From: Mytilus californianus
Taxonomy: Eukaryota
NCBI RefSeq assembly: GCF_021869535.1
Contig: NW_026262690.1
Location: forward strand, 61,876,001 to 61,940,000
Reading direction: 5' to 3'
DNA: 64,000 bases
Shown: one piece after another, positions 1 through 12,080 of the stretch
Layout of the letters: every line of letters starts with the position of its first letter
How positions within the stretch are numbered: position 1 is the first letter of the stretch
Translations under genes and position numbers: made by a program
Notes under the pieces: model-generated
Told to the model about the DNA's origin: nothing
The model's database searches: none
What the model saw: the letters and a program-made list of their open reading frames with translations, nothing else

Positions 1-1052
1 AAAGTAGGAATAGCCAGAAGACACCGAGTTACGCATGCCCTAAGCGTGTTCAGTAAAAAAGGAAAGAATGTCAACATTGAAAAGTGAAACAAGGGAGACA
101 CATTAAAAAAAACATTTTTTTGGCCGATTCGGTCCAATAGTTATCATTCATATCAAGGGGAAAAAAACATGATTTACATTCCTTAAATCAATGACATGAT
201 ATCAAACACCCCTGGAAAAATTCGTAATTACACAACTCCACGTGCTTCTCAGTCTTTTCATATTTATAGTTATCTTCATATCGGGTCGAATAAGTATCAA
301 CAGTCTTCGGAGGAAATCTCGATGGTAAACTAGATGGCGTCTAGTTTAAAATACGCTTAAAATGCTCATACATTATAACGAATCCATGCATTTTGAATTG
401 TTGTTTTTTTTTTTTTGACATTTTGTAATTTGTATTTTCGTTTAAGTATGTTACGAATCAAATTTGAGAATTTAAGTCAAATTGGCGATCATGGATTTGA
501 CAGTGAATGCCCCTTCAACAAAATTTGATATCTTTTTTAAAGATATATTATTTATTTGATTGATATAAGTTTAAACGTGTTACTGCATGGTCATTCGTCA
601 TTTTATTGTTAACGTATAATACGATTATTCCTCGTGTAACACATTTATGTAACTTGTCTCTATCAAAACACCAATCAGGTATACCCATCTCCAAGAGTGG
701 TCGAAGTATTTTTAAAATTCATGTATTTACATTTTGTTCGAAAATCTATAATAAATGAAAAATTCTTTCAATCATCAACATACTAACCTGCAATTTATAC
801 GTATGATGTGAAGTTGGTCACAATTTAGAAAGTTTCAAAAGATGAGCCTGAATTAATTTTCGGACGGGATCAGTAATTCATTGCAGTGTTAATCCGAAAA
901 TTTACAGAATTTGGAAAGATGTATCAGACGACTAGGATTTAATTTCGGATAGGAACATAATAATATTAGAGTCTACGCCGCATGTCGTCAAATACGACAC
1001 GAGTTCATGCTACATGCAATCGCTTTTTTAATCTTGGTATCTATGATGATAG

Positions 1053-1310
1053 AAATAAGATGTGGTATGAGTGCCAATGAGACAACTCTCCATCCAAGTC
1101 ACAATGTGTAAAAAGTAAACAATTATAGGTCAAAATACGGCCTTCAAAACGGAGCCTTGGCTCACACCGAACAGCAAGCTGTAAAGGGCCCCAAAATGAC
1201 TAGTGTAAAACAATTCAAAAAGTAAAACCAACGGTCTAATCTATTTAAAAACGAGAAACACTTATGAACCACATCAATAGACGACAACCACTGAACAGGA
1301 TCCTGAGTTT
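1053..1310 (+). repeat. Dispersed repeat family A (GATGTGGTATGAGTGCCAATGAGACAACTCTCCATCCAAGTC head)
   Basis: The same head and body recur many times in this window on both strands (e.g. 4735-4838, 33060-33135, 41790-42070, 61130-61315). Boundaries approximate. Confidence 0.85.
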
Positions 1311-3409
1311 ATTTTGTGATATTCTCCATTTTGACACTTCAAGTTATTGTATTCATGGTTATTATCATAAGTTTCCCAAAAGTAGTAATAACACAATACA
1401 TTAAACTAATGTATTAAAAAGAAAAAAAGGAATTAGAAACACGTTTAAGTCCACAACATTCTTTAAGTGCTTGTCCCAAATTATGAGCCTGTAATTTAGT
1501 GCTTTTAGTTTGTTGTAGCATAAATCAGGCCATTGGTTTCCGTTTTTTAAATTGTTTCACATTTTGCCATGCAGGTGTCTTTTATAGTTTACTATGGGTT
1601 TTGCTTATGGTTGAAGGCAGTATAGTGCCTTATAGTGGTTTACATCATCGTCCTTTGGTGTCGTTAGTTGTATCATGTCTCCTTAATTTTATAGACTTTA
1701 TAGGCAAATTGGTACAAATCACAGAGATAAATAGAAGAATGAATATCCTAAGGTCGAAATCAACATGCGACTTGGTAGATGAGAATAGCATAGAATTATG
1801 AAATTATAATAGAATAAGACTGCAAAATGTTTTGAGGTAATCGCCTTCAATATGAATTGGTACAGATGCTAATGGTATTAATTCATAGTTTATTTACGAA
1901 TTATTTTTTGTAGAAAAAAACTAAAACTATTATGCTTCAAATGTTTAGGTATTTAAAAGGGTTGATTGTTCAGATGTTCTCCTTCGATTATTGTAATCTC
2001 ATTTTTGGGAATTGTTTTAGTCCAAACAAAAACACGTGCCATGTACACGAAATAAAATACATATGAAATATCATATATTCAACTGAAGTTATCTCACATC
2101 GTTTTGCTAGGTCCTAGTTTTGATTTTCAATTGCTTTTCCATGCAGTATCTATCTGATCTGCCGAAACTCGAACCAAAGCATGCTGTTCTTAATTACCTT
2201 TTTTTTTTAATACGCACACATTTTAATGCATGTGTGGGCCTCAAAATATTTCAGTTGTGATCAATTTATTCCGGTATTAACATATTGGTACGACTTTCAC
2301 TACCCCTTCGTATCTTGAGGATTTATAAAATCGTGAACAAAGTGGAGACAATCCTTACAGCTTACAGTCCTGATCTTCACTCAAGACAACACGATATGAT
2401 AAAATGAAAACACAATAATATAATGTAATAAATTCTATGAAAAGTCCCCTGGGTATAGCACAAGGAATTTAATTGTAGAATTTCACAAACAGAAACCTAA
2501 GTCTATTCCATTACTATCTCTAGTTTAATAACTTAAAGTGTATTCATGAATTTCTGTGTAAACAATAAGGAAAGGTTGAGAAACTATCAGAGATTGAAAA
2601 TTTCATTACGGCTTTCAGTTGTGATTTCATGCATTTGTGATCCAATTAGATTAAATATAAATTGTTATATTAACGATTCTTGTGTCAACAAAACTGCTTC
2701 TCTGGCTATTAATATTGAGACATTAAGTATAATAAATGTCACCGTGAAGATTGTATTTACTTCATCTTTTATTAATGCCAGAAAACAGTTTTAATTAGAA
2801 AAAAAAAGTTTCATCAAGGTATAATCAGGAAGCAGGAAAAAAAACTTGTAGAATCTTCAATGCAAACAAATATGACTTCATAAAGACGTGTATGATAAAA
2901 GGATGTCTAGGGCATAATTATCCTGAAAATTGGTCCCTACTGGTGCCTCCAGAGTGACGCGAAATTATCAGTTTGTACTTTATACTTCTGCAATATTTTT
3001 ATGTCACAATTTAATTTTGAGAATATTGTCATCCAATGACTTGAAGTATAAAAGGTCGAATAAACACTAACAGAATTCCTCCGATGCTCATTAGGATAGA
3101 CACCATTATTTCCATACAAATTGTGAATGTTGTCTGACATGAAGGTTGTCTTTCCTTAGACCTATTATTCTGCCGATTGCTTATTGTGGAACCTATATTA
3201 GAGACGTATCATGTAGGTGTATTGTTGTAGTCACTTTTGTTTTAACCTGTACAATTTGTCAATGAAATAAAATATTATCATAAATGTCAAATGATTCTCT
3301 CCAGTTAAAAAAGAGAGGCGAAAGATACCAAAACTTGAAAATTATGATCTTTTTGATGACAGGCTCGGGATATTCAATAGCAGAGGTCTTTCTCCATATT
3401 TAGCAGAGC

Positions 3410-3612
3410 TTCAATATGTGTGTTTATCTCCAAGTTAACATGATATTCCAGAGCTCAGGTTTCCTATGATGGTGTCCTTGATAGAGTGTTCCTGCTTACA
3501 CGGAAGGTATAGGGCCAAAGTTGTTTAATGGTAAAACTGTCGAAAGTTTAACAGACGTCATCATGATCTAGTTGACCATTACGGAATATCTGTTTCACAG
3601 ATGACCACGGAT
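3410..3612 (+). pseudogene. Decayed PLE reverse transcriptase C-terminal (thumb) fragment
   Basis: Manual translation FISKLT*YSRAQVSYDGVLDRVFLLTRKV*GQSCLMVKL/RKFNRRHHDLVDHYGISVSQM aligns to YISQLVRFARVCNNVLDFIERNLCITEKLLHQGFRYHKLVKTFTKFYHRYKDIIRKY of the 8500-9906 ORF. It has 2 stops and a frameshift. Confidence 0.75.
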
Positions 3613-3789
3613 ACAGTTGGTATCAGTCTTAACTTGTCTTACAATCTGCCAGGAACTGTCAGGACAACTTAGAGCAGTCTCTAGAACTGTTCTCCTAGCA
3701 CCCTTAGAACAGTTTCTGACAGAAGGTATTCTTCCCTAGAACAGTGTTGGACATTTCTACACTAAAGATTCTGACAGTTGTGAGCAATA

Positions 3790-4005
3790 CAACGGGTGTC
3801 ACATGTGGAACATGAACTGCTTACCCTTCCGGAGTACCTGAGATCACTACAGATGGGGTCGTGTTGCTCAGTCTTTAGTTTTCTATGTTGTGTGTTGAAT
3901 ACTGTTGTTTGTCTTTTGATCATTTGTCGTTTTTTGCCATGGCGTTGTCAGTTTGTTTTCGACTTATGAGTTTGAATATCCCTTTGGTATCCTTCTCCTC
4001 TCTTG
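3790..4005 (+). repeat. Dispersed repeat family B (ACTGCTTACCCTTCCGGAGxACCTGAGATCAC...), probable 3' region of a PLE
   Basis: Lies downstream of the RT fragment at 3410-3612. Similar copy at 6945-7146, with inverted partial copies near 7600-7730 and 41080-41210. Confidence 0.7.
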
Positions 4006-4563
4006 TGTGCCCTAGAACGGTTTTGGACATTTCTATCAATTTATGTATTTATTTATTTATTTATTTATTTATGTATTCATTTCCTTTCTTTATATTATTT
4101 ATTGATATTCTGATTTATTGATTTATTCATCTTAATTTCTTGATTTTCAATTTGTATTAATTCAATCAAACTATTCACGGATAGCGTTGTTACTTTTAAG
4201 GATTATTCATAATTGTCTATTCAAAGTAGTTTTATGAACTATTGTAAAGAGCGTTAACTAAATTAAGAAACTTTACATAACAATACCAAACTAACATATA
4301 TATATATATATATTATAATATTAAATAAGATTGAATTAAAAAAAAAAACATTTTGTTGAATCGGGTAAACTCGGGTATAAAAACATTCCCCAAAAAATTG
4401 ATATGGTCAATGTGTAAACCAATTTTTTTACCTGTAATAAAAAAAAACAAAGTATAACAGATTCTTGCAGTTCTATCCTAGAACTGATTTAGACAGTTCT
4501 TCTTGGGATTTTCGAATTGCAATGCTCTTCATCTTCGTGTTTGATGATGAACTTTTGATTCGA

Positions 4564-4606
4564 GTGCCCCTGATGAGTCTTATTAGACGAAACGCGCGGC
4601 TGACGT
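4564..4606 (+). ncRNA. Minimal hammerhead ribozyme relic, family 1 (probably inactive)
   Basis: CTGATGA (4570-76), helix II GTCT-TATT-AGAC, GAAA, C-GCGC. The cleavage triplet is mutated from GTC to GGC and helix I is broken. Confidence 0.7.
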
Positions 4607-4734
4607 AACAATTACCAGTATATATCTGGTATCTTTAATGAGTTTCTTCCCTAGACATGATCCTGGCTGTTCTACTGTAGAATTTTCTTCGGCAACGTTA
4701 CTAGGGTAGAATTATTCTATTCAAATTTAAAACA

Positions 4735-4838
4735 GTGTTGAAGACCGTACTTTGACCTATAATGGTTTACTTTTATAAATTTTGACTTGGATGGAGAGTT
4801 GTCTCATTGGCACTCATACCACATCTTTTTATATCTAT
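4735..4838 (-). repeat. Family A fragment
   Basis: Reverse complement of the 1053-1150 head. Confidence 0.85.
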
Positions 4839-5499
4839 TATGTGCGATTTTCTGACAGTTCTGAAGAAAGATTAAAACTGATCCCAACTGTATGTTTATT
4901 AAGTTATAGCCATAACTCCGTCCAATTTTCCTCGTTTATGATTTCACCAAGTGTGAACTGCAGTTAACTTGTAATGAACAACACGATGGGTGCCTGGCTT
5001 TTGTTGCAGTAATTGCTTCACTTCCTGAGCACCTAAGTTCAGTTTCAATTTTGATTGGTACGTTTGTTTAATCTTTAATTTTCCGTGTAATTTTTTTGTT
5101 AACTGATGTTTGTATTTTCGTAATTTTGTTTTTTGCAATGATGTTTGGTACTTTTTCGGCTTACGGTTTTTGACTGTATCTTTCTTATTTTATTTTTCTA
5201 TGGCTTTTGGTTATTGAATATCACAATGTTTTCCCCAATTCTAAAATATATTTCTTTTACAAACGCATGTTATACTCTTGCGTTTAACATGAAATATTAA
5301 GGTCTAGCTTGAGATTGTATGTTAATAAAAGTGAAAAGAGTGATTTTTCGATACTTTCTGTTAGAATTCAGATAACCAGCTCTTGTTTAAAACACTCGTT
5401 GATTTTGAAACATTTATTCTTGCAACAAGTATACCTAATGTGTTATTCACAAATACTTTTTTTCTGTCAATAGTAAGTATTTAGATAGAAAGTCGTCAT

Positions 5500-5830
5500 T
5501 CTAATAAGCACAAAGTGTATCACCAGCATAGTAGTCAGCACTTTCTTCTTGACATAAATTATCATTGATATGGTCATAATCATAAATTAACTGTTTACAA
5601 AACTTTGAATTTTTCGAAATACTAACGATTTTCTACCCCAGGAATAGATTACCTTAGCTGTATTTGACAAAAGCTTTCAGAATTTCGGTTCCTCGATGCT
5701 CTTTAACCTTGTACTTTATTTGGCCTTTTTAACTTTTTTGATTCCACCGTCACTGGTAGACAGTCTTTTACAGACGAAACGCGCGTCTGGCGTACAACGT
5801 TCTATTCCTGGTTTCTATGATGAGTTTATT
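5500..5830 (+). mobile_element. Solo hammerhead-bearing non-autonomous retroelement (retrozyme-like, family 1)
   Basis: Shares flanks and the tail CCTGGTxTCTATGATGAGTTTATT with 4510-4650, 12026-12080 and 17575-17750(-). Contains the hammerhead at 5747-5793. Boundaries approximate. Confidence 0.65.
5747..5793 (+). ncRNA. Minimal hammerhead ribozyme relic, family 1 (core disrupted)
   Basis: Helix I xCGTCA/TGGCGT, helix II GTCT/AGAC, GAAA-C-GCGC-GTC triplet intact. The CUGAUGA core is corrupted to CTGGTAGACA. Confidence 0.7.
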
Positions 5831-6944
5831 TTCCTTGGGTGAACTTTCAACCAAATAATAGCACAAACGAACTTTGTATATTATCTCTTTCTTCAAAGTC
5901 AGATCTTTCGATATTTTTCAATTGTGAAACATGTCAAATTTCATTGAAACTGAAACTTTTCATCTTTACATTTATCGATTTTTGAGAAATTGTAATTCTA
6001 TTTTCTTTGTGGTATTCTACAAGTTTCAGCTTAAGTGGTCAAAGGTCGTGTCAGCTATGGTTATCACTCGGTGTCGTTCGTACAATTTTTGACATTTTAA
6101 TCTTCTCATTTGTAACCTTTAGTCTATCACAATTAAATATGGCATTAACGTTTTCTGTGTTAACATTTTGGCTACCAATTTACCAAAGTACGAAAAAAAA
6201 TTAATTTTACATTGCATTTAACAGGAATACATGGGGAAAATTTCTGGGAAATTCACATTCTATTTAAAAATTATTACAGATTGAATCTATCGAATGAAAA
6301 TGGCCTCGCTATATCAACCAATTTGTCCTTCTCCACTGGACTTTATTTCACATTGCACCACACTAGAAATACAGTCCTCTTCTTGAAAACCCTTCAACCA
6401 ACTTAAATCAAATATTGCAAAAAGGTGTATTGTATGAATGAGGTTATTTACTTCAACCCGGTCATCCCAGTGTAAAACTTTTATAAAGTAATTCTGTCGG
6501 AAATATTTTTGAAATAAACGTGTTCTTGAGGTTGACAGCAAATAAAGCATAAATGTTCCATGTGACGTATTCAAGTAGCCTTGCTACTACTACTTTGGTG
6601 ACAAGAATTACACCTTTATGACCATGATTTCCAATGCTTATTTGGATTTAGCTACTTGAATTGAATTTTTCCGATCTGAAGTAAAGCCAATACTTTTGAG
6701 CAGTCCGTTTTGCGTGCAAGATGCATAAATATGTGGTTGCGTCCGTAATGAGTGCGTCCTATATTGGAAGAATGTCACAATTAAATGGACCATATAACTA
6801 CCGTTCGAAGGGACCGGTAGGTGATTTGTTGAAAGGCTGCAATTCTTATGTTACAAAAAAAGCCTTTGTATTTAGAGGCAATCAAAATCATTGCCTTATC
6901 TTCCCGTCCTTCAACTTTTAAGGTCTTACAAATATATATATTTT

Positions 6945-7146
6945 ACTGCTTATCTGCTTACCCTTCTGGAGCACCTGAGATCACCCCCAGGTTCTTGGTG
7001 TTGTTCGTGTTTCTCAGACTTAAGTTTTCTATGTTGTGTTTTGTGTACTGCTGTTTGTCTTTTGGTTTTATTTTTTGCCATTGCGTTGTCGGTTTATTTT
7101 CGACTTATGGGTTTGAATGTCCTTTTGCTATCTTTCGCCTCTCTTT
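6945..7146 (+). repeat. Family B copy
   Basis: Matches 3825-4005. Confidence 0.75.
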
Positions 7147-7860
7147 TAATTGTTTCAATCTTAAATTTAAAGTAAACATTTCGTGTCAAACTCTAAGCAA
7201 CAATCAGTAAATTAATTTACAAATATGGTTAACGGTAGAAGGTTCATTTTAGATTGCTCTCATTGGAAAAAAAAATATAGAAAATCGAGTTCAAACCAAA
7301 TCCAAAAAAAACTTCTTTTTTATGGTACCGATGGAAAATTGATAGATCGGTCAATCATATGAGAACAATCTGGAGATTTAGTTTTACATTGCTTTTAGAA
7401 ATATATATCAAATCATTTTCTTGTACATCAATGGAAATTTCGTTACTTTTGTGACATATCAGTAAAATATTTTTATTTATAACTGTTTAAAAATGAAAAT
7501 TTTTGGAAACATTTAGAAAATGTTTTTTTTTTTTCAAAATTGTTCCTAAAGGGGAGAAGATAACAAGGGGACAATAACAACAACCCTTAGAAGTAAAAAA
7601 ATAACTTACAACACTACAAACAAAATAAAATAGACGAACAGACAAACAGTAATCAACAAAACCCTACACAGAAAACTAAGGACAGATCAACACGACCCCC
7701 CTTCCCCCTCAAAAATCGGGGATGATTTCATATGTAACAGAAGGGAGTAATTATATCCAAATGAATGTTACCAACAGTTGTTATATAACGCCTGTCTGTC
7801 AACCATGCAATATTAGAACTAGTAAAGAACTTTTTAACTGATATATGGGGACAAAAGTCT

Positions 7861-9906
7861 ATAAAATTGAGAATGGAAATGGGGAATGTGTCAAAGAGAT
7901 AACAACCCGACCATAAAACAGACAACAGCAGAAGGTCACCAACAGGTCTTCAATGCAGCGAGAAATTCCCGCACCCGGAGGCGTCCTTCAGCTGGCCCCT
8001 AAACAAATATATACTAGTTCAGTGATAATGAACGCCATACTAAACTTCAAATTGTACACAAGAAACTAAAATTAAAAATAATACAAGACTAACAAAGGCT
8101 AGAGGCTCCTGACTTGGGACAGGCGCAAAAATGCGGCGGGGTTAAACATGTTTATAAGATCTCAACCCTCCCCCTATACCTCTAACCAATGTAGAAAAGT
8201 AAACGCATAACAATACGCACATTAAAATTCAGTTCAAGAGAAGTCCGAGTCTGATGTCAGAAGATGTAACCAAAGAAAATAAACAAAATGACAATAATAC
8301 ATAAATAACAACAGACTACTAGCAGTTAACTGACATGCCAGCTCCAGACTTCAATTAAACTGATTGAAAGATTATGTCTTCATCATATGAATATCAGGCA
8401 CAATCCTTCCCGTTAGGGGTTTAGTATCATACCATCATAACATATATGAGAAGAACATAACCCGTGTCATGCCAACAACTGGTTTTTAAATAATTGTGTT
8501 TAGTGCCGATGCAAAGACCCTATAAGTGAATCAATATTAACGCCAAAATATGCAATCTTTAATGACCTGACAACAGTATCGTAACTATATCCCTTCTTAA
8601 TAAGTCTTTTTAAAGGTTTTGTTAGCTTCAGAGGTGAATACTGACATTTTTGTGCTTTATAAAGAATATTTCCATAAAAAATTGGATGTGAAATACCTGA
8701 ACGTATAAGAAGTCTGCATGTTGAGCTATATTTACGAATGATGTCCTTATACCGATGATAAAATTTAGTAAATGTTTTGACTAGTTTGTGATATCGAAAA
8801 CCCTGATGTAATAATTTTTCAGTAATACATAAATTTCTCTCGATAAAATCTAAAACATTGTTACATACACGAGCGAATCGTACAAGTTGAGATATATAAA
8901 CAGCGTAAGATGGTGACAAGGGAACGTCACCATCAAAAAATGAATAATTAACGATAGGAAATGAAAAATCATCTCTTTTATCATATATTCTAGTATTAAG
9001 CTTTCCATTAATGATATAGATATCAAGATCGAGGAAAGGGCAGTGGTCATTGTTAGTATTAGCTTTATTTAAAGTAAGTTCAACAGGATAAATTTCTTTA
9101 GTATACATACTGAAGTCGTCATTATTGAGAGCCAAAATATCATCCAAATATCTAAAAGTATTATTAAATTTGTGTATCAGATGTTGTTTCGATGGGTCTT
9201 TGCTGATTTTTGTCATAAATTGTAACTCATAGCAATACAAAAAAAGGTCCGCAATAAGTGGTGCACAGTTAGTCCCCATTGGAATTCCGATAACCTGACG
9301 ATATACGGAATCTCCAAAGCGAACAAAAATGTTATCTAGTAAAAATTCAAGGGCATATATAGTATCAAAGCATGTCCAATTGACATAGTTTTTTTGTTTA
9401 TTGCTACTAAAAAATGACCTAAAAGAGTTTGAACATATATATTCACATTCTGACTTTTTAAATGCCCATTTAATTAGGTGTGTGAATTTTTTCTTAATGA
9501 AAATGTGAGGCAATGTGGTATATAGGGTAGAAAAATCAAAACTTTGAACAGATTCAAAATCACCAATATATGCATGTAATTTATCAAGTACTTCCAACGA
9601 GTTCTTGACACTCCAAAAGTAATTAATTCCACTATTTTCGAAGGCCTTATTTGAACAATTTATTATCAGGTTTTTGATTGTACCAAGTGTACTGGTAAGA
9701 AGAATAGACAATTTAGTAGTGGAACAATAGCTTGAAGACGAAATAAATCTATATTTGTAAGGTGTTTTGTGTAGCTTCGGAAGCCAATACATAGTTGGGA
9801 CTTTCATTGTATTTGATTCTGCATGTAAAGCGGTAGCTAAAAGTTTATGTTTGTTACAGATATGCATATTTACTAAACTTAGATTATAACTCCAAGGTAA
9901 ATTCAA
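7861..9906 (-). mobile_element. Penelope-like retroelement, probably 5'-truncated (possibly Naiad-type), with ~640-bp 3' non-coding region
   Basis: RT ORF followed by a 3' region (7861-8499) that is homologous to a non-coding copy at 52836-53385. No TSD seen. Confidence 0.8.
8500..9906 (-). CDS. Penelope-like element reverse transcriptase (no C-terminal GIY-YIG)
   Basis: 468-codon ORF with PLE RT motifs YWLPKLHK, RFI, SFDFSTLYT, GIPMGTNCAPLIADLFL, FRYLDD, FLDL and IYDKRDDF. The track start is TTG. First in-frame ATGs are at 9867 and 9807, and there is an in-frame TAA at 9919-9921 upstream. Confidence 0.9.
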   Translation of the reverse strand: MNLPWSYNLSLVNMHICNKHKLLATALHAESNTMKVPTMYWLPKLHKTPYKYRFISSSSYCSTTKLSILLTSTLGTIKNLIINCSNKAFENSGINYFWSVKNSLEVLDKLHAYIGDFESVQSFDFSTLYTTLPHIFIKKKFTHLIKWAFKKSECEYICSNSFRSFFSSNKQKNYVNWTCFDTIYALEFLLDNIFVRFGDSVYRQVIGIPMGTNCAPLIADLFLYCYELQFMTKISKDPSKQHLIHKFNNTFRYLDDILALNNDDFSMYTKEIYPVELTLNKANTNNDHCPFLDLDIYIINGKLNTRIYDKRDDFSFPIVNYSFFDGDVPLSPSYAVYISQLVRFARVCNNVLDFIERNLCITEKLLHQGFRYHKLVKTFTKFYHRYKDIIRKYSSTCRLLIRSGISHPIFYGNILYKAQKCQYSPLKLTKPLKRLIKKGYSYDTVVRSLKIAYFGVNIDSLIGSLHRH

Positions 9907-12025
9907 AATGACGGACGCTTACAAAACCTGACAAAAGCAAGCGTTCGACTATATCATCTGACAGAACGACGTTAACTGACCGTTAGGTGAGTGAAGCAGG
10001 CTCATCTTCATCTCCTCTGTCCCATTGCGCATTTATATTAGCAAATGCTAAAAAAAGGAAAACAACAAGATATAAATTTCATGCGTCTAAACCATACGGT
10101 ATGGAGTATTATTTCAGAGGACCTATTTCATAAAAAAAAATAGCAAGACAGATGGAATTGCTTCATCAAAAAATTACTTCTGAAACACTACTTGAAAAGG
10201 TTTATTCACGATCGAGCATTGTCCACACTTAATTCATAGCTTCAAAGTCAGAAGATGAAGTCAAAACCAATCAAAGGAAACTCCAAAATGGCCAGTTAAA
10301 AATAAATATAAAAAAAATACAAAAGCATTTTTGTATTAAGTATGATCTTGCGCGGTTTACTTCCAAGATAGAATTATTACTTACATAATAATAGTAGACT
10401 TATCATGAACGTGTATGTGATCTCTAGGAAATAGCCAAAAATTTAATTTGTTTTTCTTAAATTTGCTTCCTTTATTTATAATTTCTTAAATTTGAAAAGC
10501 CGTTAGAATCTTTTGAATGTGAGAACAAAAATATAACGTTTTCTGTCAAAACTTGTCAGTTTCTTTAGTCAACAAAAAAATCTTCATGTTTTTTACATTA
10601 ACTAATTTAAGAAATGAAATGATTATCAGGAGACAAAAACCAAAACTTAAATTGACGTATTTTATCTTACAATGTGTTACATGTGAAGGATTATTTTTGA
10701 TCACAGTAAATACTAAGTTTGTATAATAAATTTAACAGTTACCTTAATCTTCTAATGATTTTCACCATGCGAACTAATGTTGTTAATTACATAGGCGTGT
10801 CCTGGAATTAATTAATCTTTATGTTCTTTCTCGTTCATAGAGAGATTGAATAAAACTGTTTTGAAAGGGATTTTGTGGTGTCTGTTGGATAATAAAGGTA
10901 TGTTATACAGGTGTTTCAGTAGAAATGAATTCAATCAAGTGCCATTAATCTACTAAAACTTGCATGAATGACTACTTTATGTAAGAAACGAGTATAATTA
11001 AAAGCAGGCCTAATGACAAGTGTCAAAATTAAAATAATAAAAAAGACAACCTGATGTGTAAGGTTTCCCATCAGTTTGTCGAACAAAAAGACTAATAATG
11101 TCCGTAAGTCAAGATTATCTGCTTACAAATATTCATGAATTGCTCGTTAAAAGTGTACGAGTAAACTAATATACGGACTAGGGAAACTTCGATTGCTTAA
11201 ATGGAAAAGATGTTGTTTATTTGGATGTTGCCTCATGGTCACATTCCCAACTTTTGTATTTAAAAAGAATAATTGTAAATTTGAATGTTTTTTGTGTATT
11301 TCGTACGCTGCATTTTATATTTTTTAACTGAAGCAAATAAGAGATACTTTGTTACAGTTATTTTAACTACCAATCATACCATTGTGTATATGAGCGCTTC
11401 ATTCTACAAATTGTTGTTTTCTACAAATAATTGAAAGATAAGAAAGGGACAGTAAATATTTCAAAGAAGAGAAGTATATGCAATACTTATATGTTTGCCC
11501 ATCAGTTATGTTGCAATCAGCTAGTCATTTTTTTTTTATAATAGGTTTTGTTAGGAGTTGGTTATTATAATAAGAAGGTAAATTGTATGCTTTTGAACGT
11601 TTACCATTTTGAAGTACTGATGGGTAGGCTTTGTATCTGACTGTGTAATAATATGTTTGAAGTGTAAATCAGTTTTTATACATTTAGGTCCGTTAAAATA
11701 TGCTTGTTATTTGAAAGCAATCCGTCTTTGTGCTAGCTCACAGTGATTGCAAATAGGGAAACCAAGTGAAAAAAGAGTTAGTCCAATAACAGTAACAGTG
11801 ATTAAAACATCGGAATATGCTTTATAATGAACTCTGGGAAACGTTTAGGTCATCATTTGCTTATTCCAGTGTGCCACGAAATGCTTATTGTTTTAAAACA
11901 AGGTTGAAAGAATATGATTTTGAGATGCAGAGAACAGATCTCGAGTAAAACAGACGTAATAAAAATTGTAGATTTCAGTTGTTCGTTTGAACGGTAAATG
12001 ATATTGTTGTTAAGGACCTTTTCCC

Positions 12026-12080
12026 AACGCTCGTCTGTCGTACAAAATTTTAAGCTTGGTATCTATGAAGAGTTTATTTG
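12026..12080 (+). repeat. Family 1 hammerhead element, 3' fragment
   Basis: AACGCTCGTCTGTCGTACAAAATTTTAAGCTTGGTATCTATGAAGAGTTTATT matches the helix III/I and tail region of 5778-5830. Confidence 0.6.

Noticed and set aside
6848-7210. 120/94-aa hydrophobic ORFs (also 1499-1801, 3885-4121, 27937-28341, 41732-42003, 50893-51099, 53059-53247)
   Set aside because: They lie in T-rich or A-rich dispersed repeats and are composition-driven.
8345-8400. ATGATGA-AGAC...GTCT-GGAG in the PLE 3' region as a hammerhead, SECIS or C/D box
   Set aside because: It lacks C3 and GAAA and has no helix I; SECIS quartet geometry does not fit and the ORF has no in-frame TGA; there is no CTGA D box.
8850-9050. 66-aa overlapping ORF
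   Set aside because: Alternative frame inside the RT ORF.
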